A stretch of 64,000 nt of DNA. Source: a virus. The translations under genes and the position numbers were made by a program. Positions 9,702-21,056 of this stretch are shown piece after piece. Below the pieces are notes generated by a model. The model had not been told where the DNA came from, did not search any database, and saw nothing but the letters and a program-made list of their open reading frames with translations. Positions within the stretch are counted from its first letter, which is position 1. Each line of letters opens with the position of its first letter. Location: IMG/VR virus record IMGVR_UViG_3300021405_000009, positions 34,240 through 98,239 of that record, one strand, 5' to 3'.

Positions 9702-10151
9702 GTGCCTAACTATGTGGTCAGCGAAGAACACGCCGCGAAGATAGCGGAATGGATTAAAGCGCGCGGCGGTATCGCCATCTGGGAGTCGATCAGCCTAAAC
9801 TGTCCGGGCGAGTCGATGACTACGCCTGTCCGCAAAGCGGACGGAACTCCAACCACCAAGCCAGACTGGAAGCTGGGGAACACTCCAGCGCGGATCATTA
9901 CCGACATGGCTGAGGTTACTGTGTCGCAGGATGTCGAGGTCAAGCGCTTTCATGTGGCCGTGCGTTTTGGAGCGCAGGGCCTAGCTCTCAAGGTCACCGA
10001 TGGCGGCACACGCCGTATTCAGCGTGAGGTTGCCAAGGCAGGCGAGGGAGCGTATTACGTGTTTGACTATGGCAGCGAGGAGAATGCTGTCATCATGAAG
10101 CCAGCGAAGCTGATCCCGCTGACTGAGTGGCTAACCGCCGTGGGGCGTTAA
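9702..10151 (+). CDS. Early hypothetical protein
   Basis: GAGGAGG RBS then GTG; 149 aa. Confidence 0.65.
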   Translation: MPNYVVSEEHAAKIAEWIKARGGIAIWESISLNCPGESMTTPVRKADGTPTTKPDWKLGNTPARIITDMAEVTVSQDVEVKRFHVAVRFGAQGLALKVTDGGTRRIQREVAKAGEGAYYVFDYGSEENAVIMKPAKLIPLTEWLTAVGR

Positions 10152-10234
10152 ACCTGGGGGATGTACAATGCAGAGCTTTATGGAATGGGTGCATGAATAC
10201 CTTGCATCCAAAGACCGCCGTGGGGCGTTAAACC
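10134..10234 (+). repeat. 21-bp direct repeat ACCGCCGTGGGGCGTTAAACC (two copies; member of a hairpin-TTAAAC-RBS motif family)
   Basis: Identical copies at 10134-10154 and 10214-10234; variants at 9202, 13392 and 16626. Confidence 0.8.
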
Positions 10235-10605
10235 ATGGGAGCACACCAGCCAATGCCAATGACGCTACAGCAAGCTGCCAAGGAAGCGATCGACTGTCAG
10301 AACGCAGCCAACCTGTCCGGAGTATTGGACAGCTTTCACCGGGTAGTGATGGAAGTGATCTGGCCCGAGGCCCGAAGGCAGGGTAAGGGCACAGACTTCG
10401 TGAATACCCACCCCGTTGTCTATCTGTTCCTCGACAAACTCACCAGCCTGAATCACAGGCAATGCCTGTGCCACGACAACATGGACAATTACCACGAGGC
10501 GTACACTCAGGCGCAAGAGATGGCGGCCGAGATCTACTGCGACGCCAGTTAGCCGCGAGCATGAGGCGTAGGGCACAGCCTATGCCGATTGCTGGAGGCT
10601 TAACT

Positions 10606-10974
10606 ATGCGATACGGCAAAACAGTACACGTGTCAAAACTACACGTTGGCGATGTGGTGCGCCCAGTTCGCGGGCCATCATTCCCAACGGCGTCCAAGGC
10701 TGGCGATGCGGATGACTTCCGCGAAGGCTACGATGCCATGGTTGTGGTCTTTGAGGACGATAAGTACCTCACGTTCCACAGACCGCACATCGAAGTCTAT
10801 CAGGACGGCATTCCCAGCGTGAATCACGTCACAGTCGGGGTTGAGATCGTGAACATGGTGCCCAGAGACCATACGGGGCTGTACTACGAAGTCCTTGCCT
10901 ACGGCCCGGCTCACGTGGACGACAAGGGCCACCAAGTCAGCCACTGGCAAGTCAGCCACTGGGAGAAGGTGTAA
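10606..10974 (+). CDS. Early hypothetical protein
   Basis: GGAGG RBS; MRYGKTVHVSKLHVGDVV. Confidence 0.6.
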   Translation: MRYGKTVHVSKLHVGDVVRPVRGPSFPTASKAGDADDFREGYDAMVVVFEDDKYLTFHRPHIEVYQDGIPSVNHVTVGVEIVNMVPRDHTGLYYEVLAYGPAHVDDKGHQVSHWQVSHWEKV

Positions 10975-11501
10975 GCTACCCTAGCCTTGACTGGCTAGGT
11001 GGATGCTGGGATAACGGAACTTATGGACCCGTGGGCTGTTATGAGCAGCCTGTCCCAGTGTCCACTTAGCTTGTCCGGTAAGCGGACAGGTGAGGAGGAG
11101 TTATGGCACAGTTCGAGTGTCGTATCATCGAACGCCTAGTTCGCGTCTATCGGGTTGAGGCCAAAGACGCGGATGAGGCGGATATGTTATTGCAGATCGG
11201 AGACAGTCGGTTGTATCAGGTCGATAGCTTTCCGATTGACTCCGAAGACGGCGAAGCATGGCACGAAGTGGCTGGGGAGTACGGGGAGGCGCAATGCCTG
11301 TAGTGATCGAGCGTGACCACATTGCAGGTGCGCGACTACTGACGCTGAGGTCTGCGTTTGGATTAGAGCTGAAAGGCATGTCCAGACGCGGGCGCTCGGT
11401 GTACAGCATCGTGAAGCGGGAGTTTGGGCTTCGCGGGAATCAACAGCGGGTATACGACCAGTTCGATACGCTCGTTACTGAGCGGACAGGAGTGGCGCGT
11501 C

Positions 11502-11903
11502 ATGGCGAACCAACTGGACCACGCCCAGCTCTACGCCCTTGAAGTGTATGCGCGTGAGCATGGGCGCAACTGGAAGTCTAAGCTCAACCTCGACTGGATG
11601 ACTGGCGGCACTACTGGAACACTCCAGCAGATACGCAATTCATTCGGCCCAACCTGGCTCACGCGATTCAATCTCAAGCGCGAGCTGGCGTCAGACTGGT
11701 ATCGGCGCGTATCCTGCGACCAATGCCAGATGCTGGCCATTAATGGGGTAGCCTGTCACGAGACAGGTTGCCCAAACATGGGCGCGCGATGGGATCGGGA
11801 GAATCAGGTCTGGGTGAAACAGCGCAAATGCTTCGACTGTGGCTATATGGTCGATCTGGATGACATGTGCTGCTCTGCGCCCATGGAGGGAGAGGACGAG
11901 TAG
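11502..11903 (+). CDS. Early hypothetical protein with Cys-rich C-terminus
   Basis: YAREHGRNWKSKL...CDQCQMLAINGVACHETGCP. Confidence 0.65.
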   Translation: MANQLDHAQLYALEVYAREHGRNWKSKLNLDWMTGGTTGTLQQIRNSFGPTWLTRFNLKRELASDWYRRVSCDQCQMLAINGVACHETGCPNMGARWDRENQVWVKQRKCFDCGYMVDLDDMCCSAPMEGEDE

Positions 11904-12395
11904 CAGAAGGGATTGCAGTATTCTTCGGGATGGCCCTTGTCCAGCAAGCACGCCAGTATCCCCTCGGGCGTAGGGCAAGGCTTCCCGCATTTAGTGGTCC
12001 AGATAATCATGAGAGGACGGGAGTTGAGATAACGCGCGGCATTAAAGCGCGTCGATGCCAAGGTACTACAGCCGGGCCGCAATGCCCCTAAACTAGGAGG
12101 AGAGAAATGAAGCGAGCAGGCAAGCCTGAGATCATCAACGCGGCTGCGAATGTTGTGGAAGCGCAGATCGCCGTTGACCATGCGGAGAAAGCTGGCGACG
12201 ATGCCAAGCGCTATCGCGATGCACTGGCAAGTTGCGTTTACAGCTTGCGGTGGCTGATAGAGCGCGACAGGCCGGAGATTACAGCACGCTTCCGCAGTGC
12301 CGAGGCCGTAACCAAGTAGCGCGGCAGTCCTGCCTTACTCGCTAATACAGGAGCTGGGCAGGGTCAGCCGTACTAATGGCTGGGAAGGAGTAATC

Positions 12396-12959
12396 ATGTC
12401 CGAGTACACGGAGCAAGCGGAGGAATTCATGCGCAAGCATGAGCTAACATTCCGCGTCGTTCACATCGGCAGCGATTGCCCGACGTTCTGTGAAGATAGG
12501 GTCAAGGGAATTGCGATGGACAAGCTCGACGAGTTCCCGCGCAAGTCCCACATTCATGGCCATCACTATCTTTGCACGATTAGCGGGAAGGAGCGGAGTG
12601 CATTCCAGATTGACTTCTGGAATAGCTATGCCGACGAGTTCCACAACTGGGCACTCAAGCATCGCATAGCAGCGATGCCGTGGGCTACAACCATCTCCAG
12701 CATGTCCTATAAGCTACAGGACATGATTAAGGCGGAGCTGAAGAAGGGCAAGCAGCGCTCCGAGCCCACTCCCTACGATGTCCTGGCTTGCATCACAAAA
12801 AGCGAGCCGGGTAGCTTTGAAGAGTTTTGCGGAGAGTTCGGCTACGATACCGATTCCCGCAAAGCCGAACAGGTCTATCTTGCCGTGCAGGCCGAGTGGT
12901 CGAAGGTCCGCAGGTTCTTCACGGCGGAAGAGATCACCGAGATGCAGGAGATCTCATGA
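12396..12959 (+). CDS. Conserved early phage protein
   Basis: PTPYDVLAC...SFEEFCGEFGYDTDSRKAEQVY motif; AAGGAG RBS. Confidence 0.7.
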   Translation: MSEYTEQAEEFMRKHELTFRVVHIGSDCPTFCEDRVKGIAMDKLDEFPRKSHIHGHHYLCTISGKERSAFQIDFWNSYADEFHNWALKHRIAAMPWATTISSMSYKLQDMIKAELKKGKQRSEPTPYDVLACITKSEPGSFEEFCGEFGYDTDSRKAEQVYLAVQAEWSKVRRFFTAEEITEMQEIS

Positions 12960-13424
12960 AGTTGAAGCTGGTCATCACGATGGACAACGCAGCCTTCGAG
13001 CCTAACAACGGCGTAGAGGTTGCTCGCATCTTACGCCAACTCGCCGACCAAGAGGAAGGTAACCAACTGTCGCCCGGCGATAAGTGGAAGTTGCGCGACA
13101 TCAACGGCAACACAGTCGGCGAAGCTGTTATTCGTCAAAGCCGCCGGAGGTAGCATTGAAAACAGTAACGATCAGCGAGCGGAGTAAGCACAAACTACTC
13201 CACATCGAAGCACCGGGCTGCATTGTCAACATCACAGTTGGGCTAACTGACAGTAGCCATCACGCTATAACTGCGGTCCACATCAAATGCGATGAGTCAG
13301 GCGAAGAATCGAGTCGCTTGCCTGACTTTGGCGACACAACCCATCTCGGCGTCCGCGTGAGAATGCTGAAGCCGCGACAGTAAACCCACTAACCGTGCAT
13401 GGCACGTTAAACAGGAGAGCGCCT

Positions 13425-14282
13425 ATGGAGAATGCGAAGCCAAGGTGCCCGTATCTCGCGATCAACATCCCCGGTGAGCGTCCCTTTGTGGTCGAACGAC
13501 GGTTGTACGAATCGGCCACGCGGGGCATTCACATCGTGGACACCACGCTCACCAAAGAGCTGGTGAAGGATCATGGCGAAATATGGGTGCTGACCGTGAA
13601 GCACGACAGCGGCAGGGTGCGCGGAACACTCAAGTTCTACAGCCTGCTGCAAACCAAGTTCAAGGGTACCTACTGGATATTCAAGCGCGACTTGGCCGAT
13701 TGGGCCGCGCGCGCGTTCAAAAAGAAGTGCGCCAGTGTGGCTGGTCCGCCAAGCAAACACGCGAAGCAGATTGCCCGGCTGGAACGTGAGCTGGCAAAGC
13801 TGTATGCTCATCAGCCAAAGAATCCACTGCTGCGGGAGCCCAGCGTGTACCACATGGGCCGCGAGTATACCGAGCGATGGTACGGTGATCGAAGCCAGCG
13901 AATGCAGTTGGCTCTAATCGGTGGCTGGGTTCTAAAGGGAGTGATTACGCCTGTTAAGGCGTATGAGCTTCTGGAAGAGGCTGGCTACAGCGTGCGGCGA
14001 TTCAGTAAAGTCACGCCCAACACGCGCAGGCACTACGATGTCCACTTCGACGTGGACTATTGGAAGAAGCTGTACTGTTTTGCGTCGGGGCTGGAGGACA
14101 GGCGCAGAACGTTTGTAGATACGCCGTTGCCGCAACAGCTCACCGAGCACCGTGAGCACCTGATCCAGTTCATCGAGAAGAGACGAGAGATTGTCTCCAT
14201 CGAGAACCAGATCGCATCGATCAAACTGTTGGCCGAAGCTGTTGTACCAGCGGCTAACGAGACTGGGGTGGTGTACGCATGA
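13425..14282 (+). CDS. Early hypothetical protein
   Basis: AGGAG RBS after a hairpin-TTAAAC motif; 285 aa. Confidence 0.65.
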   Translation: MENAKPRCPYLAINIPGERPFVVERRLYESATRGIHIVDTTLTKELVKDHGEIWVLTVKHDSGRVRGTLKFYSLLQTKFKGTYWIFKRDLADWAARAFKKKCASVAGPPSKHAKQIARLERELAKLYAHQPKNPLLREPSVYHMGREYTERWYGDRSQRMQLALIGGWVLKGVITPVKAYELLEEAGYSVRRFSKVTPNTRRHYDVHFDVDYWKKLYCFASGLEDRRRTFVDTPLPQQLTEHREHLIQFIEKRREIVSIENQIASIKLLAEAVVPAANETGVVYA

Positions 14283-15581
14283 AGCCGGACAAGGTCAAGA
14301 TCACAGTGCAGGTACTAAACGGTGCCACGGGCGAAGTACGCGAAGTGGTTGCCAATGTCACAGCCGTCAGCGAGCAGCACGCGGTTAACGTGTTGTTTGC
14401 TCGGGCGCGGCGTGACGATTACTACTACCGCTTTCTCGCATCGTCCGGCATCATCGGCCCACAACATGAGCACGCAAAGGCCGTGGAGCATGAGTCGATG
14501 ACGTATTGGGCGCTGGAAGGCTAGGGGGTTAAGTGGAGGATAAAGTCACCACGATCACCGTCACGCCAAACTACGAGGCGATCTTCGAGCAGTTCAGGCG
14601 AGATGCACAGCTTCACCTGAACTCCTTCACCTACAACCAGAAGAAAACTTTCACGCGCAGCGAGGTCTATGCATTCGTAGCCGCAATGCGTATTGCACTC
14701 GGAGCGGCTACCACCATCCCGAACATCGAAGCATTACGCACGGTGTTGGACGATGGCGGGGAGAAGATGTTCGCCGTGCTGCAGGAGGAGCAAGAGCCAG
14801 TCGAGACGGTCTGCGTTGTCTGCAACGAAACCAACCTGCTAGAGCATGGGGAAGACCTGAAGACTCGCGTCTGCGATGACTGCAAGCGCGTGGGTTCGGT
14901 CATGCTCATGTCCGAGTACAACCTGCTCCCTGTGGCAGAGCTGGAGCCATTGCGAAGGAGGACGATTGAGCAGAACAAGCGCTGACGTGTACTTAGGCGG
15001 TCGCCTAATCGACGGCTACGACTACGCGAATCAGGCATGGGTCGTAGACGGGAAGTATGTGCGCTGCGGGCATCCGGAGTCGATGGCTTGCGGATGCTAT
15101 GGGCGCGTTCATGCCGGAGAGGAGACTCGTGCCAGTGCGGGATAGAAAGTGGTATCTCGTTGGGTATGGCGGTATCGGATGCGGCCATTACCACAAATCA
15201 GCAAGCACAGCACGGCGGTGCTTGCTGCGCTTCCGCGCGTGCGTTAGCGACCGAATGCGGAGATATTGGGGCGTCTACGCGATGTCGCGCAAAGGCGGCA
15301 AGTTGCATCATGTTAGGCTGAAAACTGCATCACGCAAACCTTGAGCACTCATCCAGCGCACTGGCCAAGCAGTGCTCTGGAGTGGCTGCTCCACAGCCAG
15401 AAAGGAGGACCTAAATGAAGGCTAGCGATGTAGTCTACAAGCTACAGCGCATGATTAAAGCTCACGGTGACTTGGCGGTCGAGGTTGAGACCGATCAGGC
15501 CATTGTGCCCGCACAAGGGATTCGTCTGATGCGTTCCGATTCGGAGCGCGGGGATACCATCATCATCAGGGGAGGCCAACA

Positions 15582-16181
15582 GTGAAAAAGAAAACTAAGG
15601 CGCGTATTAAAGCGCAACCAAAACCTGCCACGGTCACCGTCACGCTGTCATCGAATGACTTCGGTCAGATGATGGACGGACTACGCGAGCGGCAGACCGC
15701 GTGGAGGATCACTGCCGAACACTGGCGCGGCGAGGAAGATCATGCCGAGGCCATGGAGTACGGGATACAAGAATGCTCAGGCGAAGACGAGGCCCAGAAG
15801 ATCGCGGATCATTACCAGAAGCTGATCGCCGATCTGGAAGGGCAGCAGAAATGGCGCGGCGACTTCGATCTGCTCGAAAACGTTGCCGCCATCTCCGCCG
15901 AACTATGGGGTGGAGATACCAAGCGCAACTTCTACGTCCGCTTCGGCGCGGAGCTGAGCGGATTCCCCGGCGTGTGGGCGTATTCCGTTCAAGCGGCGCG
16001 CGCTTTCACGAAGGCGGAGGAACGATTCGCGAAGGAGATCGGCAGGAAGCCGGAACACTCCTACGAATATCTCGACGCGATCCTTCACTTTGCCGAATGG
16101 CTGGCCACAGCGGAGACGCTGCCAACCACTGCCGAGCTTGAGGCGAAGGCATGGGGAGCATTACTGGCAGCGCGCAACTGA
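15582..16181 (+). CDS. Early hypothetical protein
   Basis: GGAGG RBS then GTG; 199 aa. Confidence 0.6.
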   Translation: MKKKTKARIKAQPKPATVTVTLSSNDFGQMMDGLRERQTAWRITAEHWRGEEDHAEAMEYGIQECSGEDEAQKIADHYQKLIADLEGQQKWRGDFDLLENVAAISAELWGGDTKRNFYVRFGAELSGFPGVWAYSVQAARAFTKAEERFAKEIGRKPEHSYEYLDAILHFAEWLATAETLPTTAELEAKAWGALLAARN

Positions 16182-16199
16182 AGCCAGAAGGGAGAAGAA

Positions 16200-16622
16200 A
16201 TGACGGAGAGCCAGGAACAAACCATTCAGATGCTCAAGTGGTTCCGCGACTGCCACGCCAACAACGGCGTACCGCAGAGCTGGTTCTATAAGGGGCCAGC
16301 GGACCTGTTGCTGCGCGAGGGCAAATGGTACGACGAGGGCCATGTGATTGACTGGAAGCGCAGCGTACCGCAAGCATGTTTCCGCAACGCGGCTCTGTAC
16401 GCCATGCTGCACCGCCTGCCTTACATCGAAGGCTACGCGACCGGCATTATTCCAGTGCATCATGCGTGGTGCCTCGACGCCGTGGGCCGCGTGTGCGAGG
16501 TCACATGGAAGGAGTTGGGCACCGATTACTTCGGCGTTGCGTTCAAGCCGAATCTGGTCACGCGCGGCGCTGTGCTGTTCAATGAACAGGATTGCTCGGT
16601 ATATACGCGAAAAGTGCGGTAA
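16200..16622 (+). CDS. Putative transglutaminase/papain-like fold protein
   Basis: QACFRNA...YIEGYA...PVHHAWC (Cys...His-Ala-Trp pattern). Confidence 0.5.
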   Translation: MTESQEQTIQMLKWFRDCHANNGVPQSWFYKGPADLLLREGKWYDEGHVIDWKRSVPQACFRNAALYAMLHRLPYIEGYATGIIPVHHAWCLDAVGRVCEVTWKELGTDYFGVAFKPNLVTRGAVLFNEQDCSVYTRKVR

Positions 16623-16968
16623 AATCCGTCCGTTAACCGGACGTTAAACTGGAGAACCGAATGCCCGTTGAAATCACGTGCGAGTCGCCGAAGGGTGGCG
16701 CTGCGAAGCTGGGGAAGGATGTGACTGTGAGCTACGCCGTAGCTTCGGTCGCCGAATACCCAGCCTCTGAGCTTTTCTACGCCTGGGTCAAACTGCCCAA
16801 CGGAAAGACTGTATCGCTGTTCGTCAACCGCGAGACTGGGCTGGTCGTGGTGGACGTTGTCCGCAAAGATGAGCGCGGGGGGAACGAGATCCTGCGCACA
16901 ACCGTGGACAGGGTAGTCATGCCAACCAAGCGCCAGCTCGACGCAGCGGAGGTTGTGGACCCTACCTC

Positions 16969-17361
16969 GTGACCCTCGCTGAATTCATCGCGGCGCACAC
17001 TCTGGGGTTCACCTGTGAAAGGGTGAGTCCCAGGCTGTGGCGTTGCCGCATCACGTGCGGGGTTACCAAAGAGGCGGAGCGCGGGATGAGTTTCTTTCAT
17101 CTCAGCTCCACCGAGCCCACCTTGGCCGATGCGCTCAGCCGTCTGGCGAAGGTGTCTCACCAGCACGTGGCCACGAAGCTGCCAACCGGACTGGCTGCCA
17201 GTCGGGATAAGGCGTCATTCCAACACTGGTGCGTGCTGTACGATCACGATCCCGAGTCGCGTAAAGATCGGGCGCACTATCTCACTATCCGGCGACGCGC
17301 CGAGCAGCTTAGGTATGTGCTCGGTACTGCCGCGTTCAAACAATTACTGGAGGTCGCGTGA
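16969..17361 (+). CDS. Early protein, probable paralog of 12396-12959
   Basis: EPTLADAL...SFQHWCVLYDHDPESRKDRAHY aligns by eye with EPTPYDVL...SFEEFCGEFGYDTDSRKAEQVY. Confidence 0.55.
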   Translation: MTLAEFIAAHTLGFTCERVSPRLWRCRITCGVTKEAERGMSFFHLSSTEPTLADALSRLAKVSHQHVATKLPTGLAASRDKASFQHWCVLYDHDPESRKDRAHYLTIRRRAEQLRYVLGTAAFKQLLEVA

Positions 17362-18572
17362 CGGCGCTAAAGCGAACCCGAACCTGTAAGCGTTGCAAGC
17401 GCGAGATGGATAAGCACCACTACTTCTACTCGCCGACTGACGACGTTTGCATCGAATGCGGTCCTGATGTCAACTTCCTTAAACAGTCAAAGAGGCTGGC
17501 CCGAGAGCACGGTACTGGTGCGCTCGAAGCCAAGTTCCTCGACTACATCCGCCGCGCACGATTAGTGCGCGAGGTCATGCGCGGCCTTAGAAGGGAGGCT
17601 AAAGACGGATCATCCACACCCAGACAAACGACACGTCGTCCGCCAAGTGCGTAGATACCTACTGGCGGCGAAGATGCGGTTTAGCTCTGACAAACTGCCA
17701 CAGCCGGGCGGGAAACGAATCCCAAGACGTGGGGCTAGAAGTCTCGTGCATTACAGGGATCTCATAGCCACATACCAGACGGCCAAGCGGCAGTTGCTGA
17801 CCGAGAAAGGGGGGAACAGTTGAGACTACTGAAGATGATCGGTCGCTGGGCGAAGTGGCTCTATGAGGAGACCTTCAACACTAGCGAAGCCAAGCGCCGC
17901 GACTTCGAGCGGCGAAGGAATCAAACCCCGCTGTAGAGTGCGATGCGCATCGCGTCCGGTCCATTTAGAAAAAGTAGTACACAATTTCTTAATGGCCTTG
18001 GCGCGGTGCGGAGTGCGCTTTATGCCCGTGGCGGCAAGTCGTAGTTCGGTCGCGGCTCGGTGCGCCCTTCGCGCCGATCGTCGGGCGGAATTACATTCAC
18101 GGGCTCCAGGTTGATTGAGTTGTGGGGCTCGGCGGGCGCGGTCAGCACCATGTCGAGCATCTCCGATAACTCTCGCGCGTAGCTGCGGACGGCCGGGTTG
18201 TTGTGGCCCATCATGCGCCACAGCACGATCTGATCCTGCCCCCGGTAAGCTTCTTCGATGGCTGCGCGCTGATCCTCGGGCATCCGGGGGCCGCCTACGG
18301 GCAGCGCAGCCGGATGAAGGAGCCGGTGAGCACAGGAGACGCTCTGTCGCGACTCGTCGAAGTAGTCTAAACACGCGGGGCATTTCATCGGGGTGGAATC
18401 TCCGCATTTTCTGCGGAGAATAGGGCCGATAATTCACGCATCACCGACCGTTCCGCTAGCAGCCCGGCCTGCTCTTCTTCTTCGGTCATGCGCCTGCAGC
18501 CTTCGCAAGCTTGATCGAACCAAGGATGAGACGCGGCGTGGTGCCGACCGGTATGGGATGGGCTATAGGCCA

Positions 18573-18938
18573 TTAGACGCCCAAGGCATTCGGACCCTCG
18601 GGCTTAGGCAAATCCCGTGGCGCTTTCGGCTTAGCTACGCCGAGCACGCGCTTGGTGATCTCAGCCTGGGCCTTGGCCATGCGGGCGGCGCGAATGCCGC
18701 GCTGCTCTTCGAGCTTGGTCTGCTGCTTAATTTCTTCGGCCTTGGTGTCGGCCCGCTCCAGCTCCATGAGCTGCTCTTTGGCCTTCAGGATTTCTAAGAG
18801 CGGAGTGCTGGGGCTTTCGGCGATCCGCAGCAGGACAGCGAATAGCCTGGCGCGTAGCCGGTTGCCAGGGTTGTTGAGAGTCTTCAAGTTTGTCGATCGG
18901 CCGGTGAGTGTGCCACGCGGAGTTAAAGGGGCTGCCAA
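18573..18938 (-). CDS. Hypothetical basic helical protein
   Basis: 121-aa ORF at the head of a coupled minus-strand trio (18020-18938). Confidence 0.5.
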   Translation of the reverse strand: MAAPLTPRGTLTGRSTNLKTLNNPGNRLRARLFAVLLRIAESPSTPLLEILKAKEQLMELERADTKAEEIKQQTKLEEQRGIRAARMAKAQAEITKRVLGVAKPKAPRDLPKPEGPNALGV

Positions 18939-19548
18939 AATGTGGGCGGGTTTTATATCGTGCCCGCCCGATCACGCTCAAGTCTAAGTAGCCTCGCCGG
19001 TGAGGGCCTACGGTCGGTTCGCCACAGTGTGGGCTGAAGTGTAGGGCATCAGAAGGAATGCGCGAGAGCGCGGGGCAGAGGCTAGGGCTTGGAGTCCTCG
19101 GTGTAGTTGTCTTCGGCTACACCATAATTGTCGGAGAGGGGTTTGCTTTGCGGACCAGTTTCGGGGCCATGTTCTTCGCCTAATGGACACTCGGGCGAGG
19201 CCCTGGCCAGCGGCTGTGGAACTACCGTGCTGGGCGTGTTGCTCTGGTCATTGCGCGGGTCGGTGTCGTGGTAGTCCCAACCATAGCTGTTGCGCTGCGG
19301 GTACAGGCCGCGCGTCATGGCCAGCCCTTCGCGTTTGAGTATCTCTTCCCAGTACTCTTGCGAGTTGGGGTCCAGCGTGCTTAAGTCTTTCTGTGGCTTA
19401 CGATACCGAGATCCGGCCAAGTACACCCTCTATAAGTATAAATTTCCCCGTAAGTCGTTGATAATGCGTAGAGGCGACGCTCGGCGGACTTGCAACGCTT
19501 GCAAAGATGCATAAGATATTATACCATAGACTGAGAGGAGGATACAAG

Positions 19549-19836
19549 TTGGCGACGTTTATCGATCAAAACAGCAACGCAGTGAACGTGACACCGGCAA
19601 ACCAGAAGCGAGGTTTCACTCTTCAGGAGCTTTACTCCATCATCGACTGCAATACCGTGCAGGCAGTTCAACTGGCTGACGGCCGGACGATGTGGATGGA
19701 TGAGGACGCCAAGCTTCGCGAAGGGCTCCAGTTCGTCAATCTCAAGGCCACCATACTGCTGGCTGAAGCTGGCGGCATCCCTGGGGACGAGGTTATCGGT
19801 CACGTCCTCATCACCCAACCTGGAGAAGTGAAATGA
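19549..19836 (+). CDS. DUF3846-like small phage protein
   Basis: GAGGAGG RBS then TTG; FTLQELYSII...MWMDEDAKL...VNLKAT...DEVIGHVLI. Confidence 0.6.
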   Translation: MATFIDQNSNAVNVTPANQKRGFTLQELYSIIDCNTVQAVQLADGRTMWMDEDAKLREGLQFVNLKATILLAEAGGIPGDEVIGHVLITQPGEVK

Positions 19837-20612
19837 AACCCACCAAGGCCGACATCGGCCAGCAAGTTCGCTACTGGGAGAATGGCTGGCACTTCGCCAA
19901 GCTCGTCGAGCTGGGCAGGCGCTGGGCCAAGGTCTCACACCCAACACGCGGGCGCAAGAGTCCCAAGACCGGACAGCGCCTGCCTTACCGCATCCCCGTA
20001 TCCAGCGTCCAGAGCCTGGGGACTACAGCCTCCGGCTCTGCGGCTTAAACCCTTTCACCCTTGACACCGTGCGGCTCCAAGCGCACGCTAATCTCAATGA
20101 AACGAGGCGACACATGGCAACACCCGAGACAAACTCACCCGAGGGAAAGCCAAAGCAAGCCAAGCAACTCACGGAACGCCAACTAGCTACCATCTTGCAC
20201 GCCCTGCGCATGTTGCAAGAAAGTGAAAGCCACACCACCAAGGCTTGCACCACAGGCCACTGTGAACATTTCGCGGACGTGAGCGAGATGGATAACGATG
20301 AAATCAACGAACTGTGCGAGTCGCTGAATGTTGACTTCGAGATCAAAGAAGGGGAAGAGGACCAAGGCCGTTACACCAATCACTATCTCTGCCCTAACGA
20401 CAACACGCGCTGGGATGATGACTGGTCCTCGACCTGCAATGACCGCTGCCCTGACTGCGACGCCGAGATCGAGCCTTACGCTTCGACCGACAACCGAGAC
20501 CAGAAGGTTACCATTTACGCTCAGGATGTTTACGACCGAGCTAACTCAGTTGATCCCGAACAACCAAAGGGGTAGAATCCCACTTATCCTTGAAAGGAGC
20601 ACCACTCCACTC

Positions 20613-20954
20613 ATGCAAGGTATGCAAAACGTAGTAGCCAGTATCCGCAAAGCAAGAGACGAACACCATCGCGAATGCCAGCGCCTCGACCAGGCGCTCG
20701 TCGCGTTAGGTGTAAACCATTCAATCCACCGGGGCGTTCGCAGGCTGTCCAAAGATGCTCGCGAACGGATCGCGGCGGCACAACGCGCGCGCTGGGCTAA
20801 AATTAAAGGCAAGTCAAAGCTGCCTTCCACGAGCACCGCCAGCAAGTCCAAGTCGGCCGGGATTGCGGGCTACTGGGCAAACATGACGCCAGAAGAGCGC
20901 AAGGCCGAAGTAAAGCGAAGGCAGAAGTTGGCGGCGAAGAAGAGAGCCGCGTAA
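20613..20954 (+). CDS. Small basic putative nucleoid-associated protein (acidobacterial type)
   Basis: N-terminal coiled coil QRLDQALVAL followed by RRLSKDARERIAAAQRARWAKIK. Confidence 0.6.
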   Translation: MQGMQNVVASIRKARDEHHRECQRLDQALVALGVNHSIHRGVRRLSKDARERIAAAQRARWAKIKGKSKLPSTSTASKSKSAGIAGYWANMTPEERKAEVKRRQKLAAKKRAA

Positions 20955-20957
20955 CCA

Positions 20958-21056
20958 GTTCCCCGGCTGGAGTTCCTCCCCGTCACTTTATCCAGCCGGG
21001 AACCCGCACAGGGAAGGGGGAAAGAAGCAGTCTCCCCTGTGCGGGCTTAATTTTTT
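20958..21056 (+). terminator. Tandem GC-rich hairpins followed by a T-tract
   Basis: GTTCCCCGGCTGGA/TCCAGCCGGGGAAC, then CCCGCACAGGG/CCCTGTGCGGG-CTTAATTTTTT. Confidence 0.6.

Noticed and set aside
18573-18938. Terminase small subunit
   Set aside because: No recognisable motif and no large terminase nearby; left as hypothetical
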